A stretch of 39,786 bases of DNA from Octopus bimaculoides (Eukaryota), in contig NC_068999.1 in NCBI RefSeq assembly GCF_001194135.2, positions 44,827,802-44,867,587 of the forward strand, read 5' to 3'. A program made the position numbers and the translations under genes. Each line of letters starts with the position of its first letter. The first letter of the stretch is position 1. The notes beneath the pieces were generated by a model that was not told where the DNA came from, searched no databases, and saw only the letters and a program-made list of their open reading frames with translations. Below are positions 33,850 through 39,786 of this stretch, one piece after another.

Positions 33850-35290
33850 TGTAAATTGACTGGTTGCGTATAAAGGGTTTGAAGGAGTGTATAGTAGCGA
33901 CTGATGGTGTGCAGAGTGCTGGAAAGGATGTATAACAGTTGGTAAAGAATTTTTACTTGAGAGGGTGTATATTTGCATGTAAATAATGGAGAAAATGTAA
34001 TGTAGATGGGTGATAAAGGAGAGAAAGAATGAAGGAGTGAGAGAGAGAAAGAAAGAGCATAAAGGAAGGGAGAGACTAAACGATTGGTATAAGGGGGCGT
34101 AGGAGGAGTATGGAACAATAAGAGGCAAGTGAAAGATTGGGAGTTCGAAATTAGGGAGGTGAGGGTAAATAGTGAAGGAAGCGATTGGAGAGTAGAGGTG
34201 GAGGAGGAGCAAAGGAAGGGAACGTAGGGAGAGGAGAAAGAGATAGGAGGGATGGAAGGAGGAGAAGGAGGAGGATATAATAGAGAACGGGGAAGTTGGG
34301 GTCGGAGAAGGAAGGAGTTTGTCGAGTGAGAAAGTGAGAGAATGTGATGCCTAAATTGGAAAAAAGAGATAAGGGTATGAAGAGAGTGAAAGAGGAAGAT
34401 CAGAAAAATGGTGGGGGTTCTCGAAGAGAAATTGTAGAGGAGATAAAAGGAAATTGTAGAGGAGATAAAAGGTAGGTAGGTAGATAATTTGAGAGAGATA
34501 TAATTTGAGAGGTAGGTAGGTACACTGAGAAATCGATATACAGGTAAATAGACAAAAAAGGAAGCACGAATTCAGGTTTGGATTGAGACAGAGAAACAAA
34601 GAATTGAGGAGTGTTGGGGTTAGGGAAGATGTCAAAGGGAGAACGAATCATAGAAGAGAGTGGGTGAAGACAGAATCAGAGTATTAGAGAGAGAGAGAGA
34701 GCAATGAAGAACGAGTAGATTGACAGTGAATGTAAGAAAGAGAATGACGGATAGGATTTAATGATGTAGGCTCGTTGGTGTAGTTATGCGAGAGAATTCC
34801 TTGTGTGTATTTGTGTGTGAGTGTAAGGAAGAGGAGCGAGAAAGAGGGCATCGTAAGTGGCGTAACAAAAATGGTAAAGATGAGAAAGAAAAAAGCGAGG
34901 TGGAGAGAGAGAGGAAAGGTTGAATATTGACAGTAAATTATGAGAACGTATGATAGATCGACTCTATGAAGCGGGCTTCCTGGAGCAGTTGGGAGAACCA
35001 GAAAGGGAGGGAGAGAGAGAGAGAGAGAGAGAGAGATAAGAAGGGTGAGAAAGTCTAGGAGAGATGTGGAAAGAAGAGAGAGAGGCTAGAGAATCCAAAG
35101 GAATTTCTGGAGTAGTTGATGGATAGCGGAAGGGATTGAGATACAGAGAGGAAGAACTGAGAAAAGTGCGGATGCAAAGGTATGTAGGAGGAATGAGAAG
35201 GGGGAGGAGGAAGAGTGGGATGATTGTAAAAGAGAAGCAGGATTTGTGAAGAACAAAAGATGCAGAGAATAAAAGATGAAAACGGTGACA
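33850..35290. repeat. Strand-asymmetric purine-rich (GA/GGA) degenerate repeat tract
   Basis: Direct: G/A-dominated plus strand with (GA)n cores. Confidence 0.7.
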
Positions 35291-35299
35291 AAATGAGTG

Positions 35300-35960
35300 T
35301 TACTGTTAGCAGAATCGGTAGGGTATCAAACAGAATGTCTTGTGTCGTAGCTAGTTGTATCTTCTTTATGAATTCAAATCCCGCTGTGTCGGTGTGTCGG
35401 TTCGCCTTTCATTCATCTGGCTTCAATAAAATAAAATTACCGGCTTGGAACTTTAGTCGATCTAATCAGCGATACCATTCTGCCCAAAATGTATGCCTTT
35501 GTGTCAACTGCTGAGACCAATATCGATAGTTCTATTATTCTGAGTTCAAATCTTACAGAGGTTGAGCTTTATCTGTCATCTTCCTGTACGATGGATCTCC
35601 GTCGTTTGACAATGAGGATTCAATTCGATGAACAGATTTTTTTTTCTTCATCCCTAAGTCTCGTAAGGCCCCTTACCCGTTTGTCGTGTAGCATAAGTCA
35701 CCGGGATCACAACATTCCCTCTGTGCAGGACCCTGGTCTGTTGCGGGGTTCAAGACCAGCAATTTTGATGGGGAGGGCACAATTCGATTACAATGACCCC
35801 TGTATTTGACTGGTACTTTTGGTTCATCAACCCCCCACCCCCAAAGGGATGAAAACCAAAAATGACCTTGGTGGGATTTTAACTCAGAGCGTAAAGAGCC
35901 GGAAGAATTGCCGCTAAGCCTTTTGTCCGACGTGTTTACGATTCTCCAGCTTGCCGCTTT
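35300..35960. mobile_element. Old SINE-A remnants: plus (35300-35585) and minus (35750-35960), convergent
   Basis: gaattcaaatccc...gcctttcattc, ttctgagttcaaatc on plus; gacccctgtatttgactggtac...gccgctaagc on minus. Confidence 0.65.
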
Positions 35961-35984
35961 TGATCAACTGAATTACCCGATCCT

Positions 35985-36150
35985 AAATAAGCATCTCACG
36001 TGGCTGAGTATTCCATGGATATGTTTACCCATATCGTGATTTTCAAATAGAATTAGAGTGACACAGGGCGTGACAAGGCTGTAGCTGTTCGACCAGCGGG
36101 CTTCTGTCCAGTTTCCATCAATTCAATTTCACTTAACGAGATTTAATTTT
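35985..36150 (-). mobile_element. SINE-C-type tail joined to a SINE-B-type module
   Basis: gtggctgagtattccatgg...gtgacaaggctg (C tail, reverse strand) next to gggcttctgtccagtttccatc (B module, reverse strand). Confidence 0.6.
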
Positions 36151-36239
36151 AGGGAAATTTGGCTCCCTTTTTTTTTTACCGAGAAAAATTACAAGGGTGA
36201 AGGTAGAGGTTCCCTTATTTGCTCAACGTGACCATGTTG

Positions 36240-36347
36240 CATCACCGCTACATGTGTAGTGGGCATCACCGCTACATGTGTAGTGGGCCACTACATGTGT
36301 AGTGGGCATCACCGCTACATGTGTAGTGGGCCATGGTAGCGGTGATG
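36240..36347. repeat. 24-bp tandem repeat with internal palindrome and a terminal inversion
   Basis: catcaccgctacatgtgtagtggg at 36240, 36264 and 36307, a shortened unit at 36288, then inverted gtagcggtgatg at 36336-47. Confidence 0.9.
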
Positions 36348-36700
36348 GTATAGGGGAAGAGGATGGTGGTCATGGTCACTTGATAGCGGTGATGCTCATC
36401 GTTTAGGATGGCAAAGGAAACAATCCATGGGTAGACAGGTAAGTAGAGATAGATAGATAGATAGATAGATTAGGCAGGTAGATGGAGAGAGAGAGAGTCG
36501 AACAAAAAGTAGATGAACCGGAAAAGACAAAAGATAGATAAATGGACATAAAGGAAAAACTGAAAGGCTGAAAGACGGAGAGAGAAAGAAAATATACTAA
36601 ATATAAAGAAGACACCGTGAAAAAGTGACAGATATGCAAAAATATAGACAGAAATAAATGAAAAGCACACACACACACACACACATGACGAGATGCGCTC

Positions 36701-36733
<33 letters not shown>

Positions 36734-37042
36734 NNNNNNNNNNNNNNNNNNNNNNNNNNNNNNNNNNNNNNNNNNNNNNNNNNNNNNNNNNNNNNNNNNN
36801 NNNNNNNNNNNNNNNNNNNNNNNNNNNNNNNNNNNNNNNNNNNNNNNNNNNNNNNNNNNNNNNNNNNNNNNNNNNNNNNNNNNNNNNNNNNNNNNNNNNN
36901 NNNNNNNNNNNNNNNNNNNNNNNNNNNNNNNNNNNNNNNNNNNNNNNNNNNNNNNNNNNNNNNNNNNNNNNNNNNNNNNNNNNNNNNNNNNNNNNNNNNN
37001 NNNNNNNNNNNNNNNNNNNNNNNNNNNNNNNNNNNNNNNNNN

Positions 37043-37089
<47 letters not shown>

Positions 37090-37421
37090 ATGAACTTACA
37101 CACCCACATTGAACAGAGATAATTGGCGAAAGTTAGAAAGAGAAGGAGAAAGGAAATGCTGAGAAATTGGGGGGTGGAGGAGGGGGGTGCCGTTGGGATA
37201 GAAATGGGAAGATGGCGCATGTATTTGCGAGAGCATGTATGTATGTATGCAGATCTTCATCTACAATTGCAGCGCGTGCAATTCTTTCATCATTATATAT
37301 ATATATATAATGTACATTTTATTATATGTATGCGTATATATGTTTGTGCGTGTATATATATGTATGTATATCTCACCAGGCATATAATGATTCATAGAAT
37401 ATATATATATATATATAAATA

Positions 37422-37480
<59 letters not shown>

Positions 37481-37916
37481 ATAGGTGTATGTTTACGTTT
37501 GTTTCCCTAATTTTCTCTCTCCCGCTCTCACTCTTTCCCCCACTCTGTCTCCCCTTCTTTCACTCTCCTTCTTTCACTCCCTCTCTCTCTCTCTCTCTCT
37601 TTCTCTCCCTTTGTGCATGTTTGTGCGCAAGTGCAAGAATGGCAGTTCCTGCTGTAGTGATGTCGTTAAGCGTCGTCACTGGTTGTAACATCAAAGAAAT
37701 ATCCGATGTGAAGGACCCAGCATGACAGGAGCTTTGCATTGCATCCAACTTATAGCCTGGGGCCTCGCAGATTTCCAAGAGTGCGTACGCGCAAAGCACA
37801 CGGTGTGCGTAAGGGGCGCTGGTGTTTGTATTGTGTATATACCTGTGTTTCTCAGCTTGCATGTATGTATGCGTGTTAGAAAGAATGCATATATATATAT
37901 ACACACACACACACAC

Positions 37917-38815
37917 GGAGAGCTATGTTGCCGTGTACCTATCTACAAACGGAGTGAGTCTGTTGTGTGTCTTCATGTTTAAGTTCCTGTGTAAATAAAT
38001 GTCGTATGNNNNNNNNNNNNNNNNNNNNNNNNNNNNNNNNNNNNNNNNNNNNNNNNNNNNNNNNNNNNNNNNNNNNNNNNNNNNNNNNNNNNNNNNNNNN
38101 NNNNNNNNNNNNNNNNNNNNNNNNNNNNNNNNNNNNNNNNNNNNNNNNNNNNNNNNNNNNNNNNNNNNNNNNNNNNNNNNNNNNNNNNNNNNNNNNNNNN
38201 NNNNNNNNNNNNNNNNNNNNNNNNNNNNNNNNNNNNNNNNNNNNNNNNNNNNNNNNNNNNNNNNNNNNNNNNNNNNNNNNNNNNNNNNNNNNNNNNNNNN
38301 NNNNNNNNNNNNNNNNNNNNNNNNNNNNNNNNNNNNNNNNNNNNNNNNNNNNNNNNNNNNNNNNNNNNNNNNNNNNNNNNNNNNNNNNNNNNNNNNNNNN
38401 NNNNNNNNNNNNNNNNNNNNNNNNNNNNNNNNNNNNNNNNNNNNNNNNNNNNNNNNNNNNNNNNNNNNNNNNNNNNNNNNNNNNNNNNNNNNNNNNNNNN
38501 NNNNNNNNNNNNNNNNNNNNNNNNNNNNNNNNNNNNNNNNNNNNNNNNNNNNNNNNNNNNNNNNNNNNNNNNNNNNNNNNNNNNNNNNNNNNNNNNNNNN
38601 NTCTCTCTCTCTCTCTCTCTCGATATATATATATATATATATATAGGGCTGTGGGTAATTATACGTACATATATCTGTGTGTGTATATATATATATATAT
38701 ATATTATACACACACACACACACGGAGAGCTATGTTGCCGTGTACCTATCTACAAACGGAGTGAGTCTGTTGTGTGTCTTCATGTTTAAGTTCCTGTGTA
38801 AATAAATGTCGTATG
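37917..38815 (+). repeat. Identical 92-bp segment on both sides of a gap (37917-38008 and 38724-38815)
   Basis: Direct: ggagagctatgttgccg...aaataaatgtcgtatg, both preceded by (CA)n. Confidence 0.9.
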
Positions 38816-38827
38816 AATGCATGCATG

Positions 38828-38875
<48 letters not shown>

Positions 38876-39324
38876 CGTGCGCTTACGGTGACAATTGTGT
38901 GTGTGTGTGTGTAAGACTGAAAGAAAAAAATCTCCAAAACTGATGACAGGTAGATAAGCTGGCAGTCAAACGAGATGAAACGAATTGAAGTGGTTGTTAC
39001 CGAAGTAGTATTGGCGGTAGTGGTGGTGGTGGTGGCACGAGTGGGAATTGTAGTTGTGGCGCTTGTGGAAAGAAATTTGGCGACGATGATGATGATGGTG
39101 GTGTGAGTGGTGTTCTTCGTAGTGGGGAGATGATGGCGGTGAAGAGGGAGGTCACGATGCGGAGTGTTGCGTAGGAAGAGAAAATGGTGGAAAATAATGA
39201 TGCGGTTGTAGATAATTATGTTGCAGCTGATGGTGATGATGGATGTAGTGGTTTTGGTGGTAGTTATTCTGGAATTTTCTCAAGATCTATTAAAATTTGT
39301 AGTGATTGTCGCTAATATTAATAA

Positions 39325-39786
39325 GCCTTTCTTTCATGTATAAACACAAGGCCTGTAATGTTATGGAGGTGCCGTCAGACGAGGACGTCGACCCTAATGC
39401 ATGACTGGGACTTGTTTTATCGACTCCTAAAGGATGAAAAGCAATGTCAACCTCAGCGGAATTTGAACTCAGAACGTGAAGACCGTCGAAATGCCGCTAA
39501 GCATTTTGTTCAGCGCGCTAACGATTCTTATTTCTTTATTTCCCAGAAGGGGCTACACATAGAGGGGACAAACAAGGACAAAGGGATTAAGTCGATTATA
39601 TCGACCCCGAGTGCGTAACTGTTACTTAATTTATCGACCCCGAAAGGATGAAAGGCAAATTCAACCTCGGCGGAATTTGAACTCAGAACGTAACGGCAGA
39701 CGAAATACCGCTAAGCATTTCGCCCTCGCGTGTTAACGTTTCTGCCAGCTCGCCGCCTTAATGCTGACGATTCTGCTAGCTCACCG
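39325..39786 (-). mobile_element. SINE-A dimer plus part of an extra head at the window edge
   Basis: Junction gctaacgattcttatttctttatttccc at about 39517-39545; the 5' end ...ctgccagctcgccgccttaa lies at about 39760. Confidence 0.9.

Noticed and set aside
37650-37790. Minus-strand [19 protein letters not shown] as an EGF-like exon
   Set aside because: Only two cysteines, no acceptor tract and no donor on that strand; resemblance is superficial.

Overview
This is AT-rich, microsatellite-dense eukaryotic DNA from a fragmented draft assembly: 13 N-gaps totalling about 4.7 kb, mostly flanked by simple repeats. The repeat families strongly suggest a coleoid cephalopod (Octopus-like) genome; this is inferred from recognition, not verified. 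No protein-coding gene can be confidently identified, and most ORFs in the track are microsatellite or gap artefacts. Three weak exon candidates are flagged. The window is dominated by tRNA-derived SINEs, given working labels SINE-A, SINE-B and SINE-C, which share and swap modules. It also holds a CR1-clade LINE 3' fragment, a decayed R4/Dong-like RT relic, a Penelope-like fragment, a hAT MITE and two copies of a small TIR MITE. The most notable observations are: (1) a minimal hammerhead-ribozyme motif at 18211-18257; (2) a LINE 3' UTR and SINE tail sharing a 3' stem-loop with compensatory changes; (3) a snap-back inverted SINE duplication giving a 97-bp stem; (4) a recurrent dimeric SINE junction and SINE module swapping; (5) a hairpin-bounded block with tandem repeats carrying RFX-like X-boxes. 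I did not find a clearly new protein-coding system.
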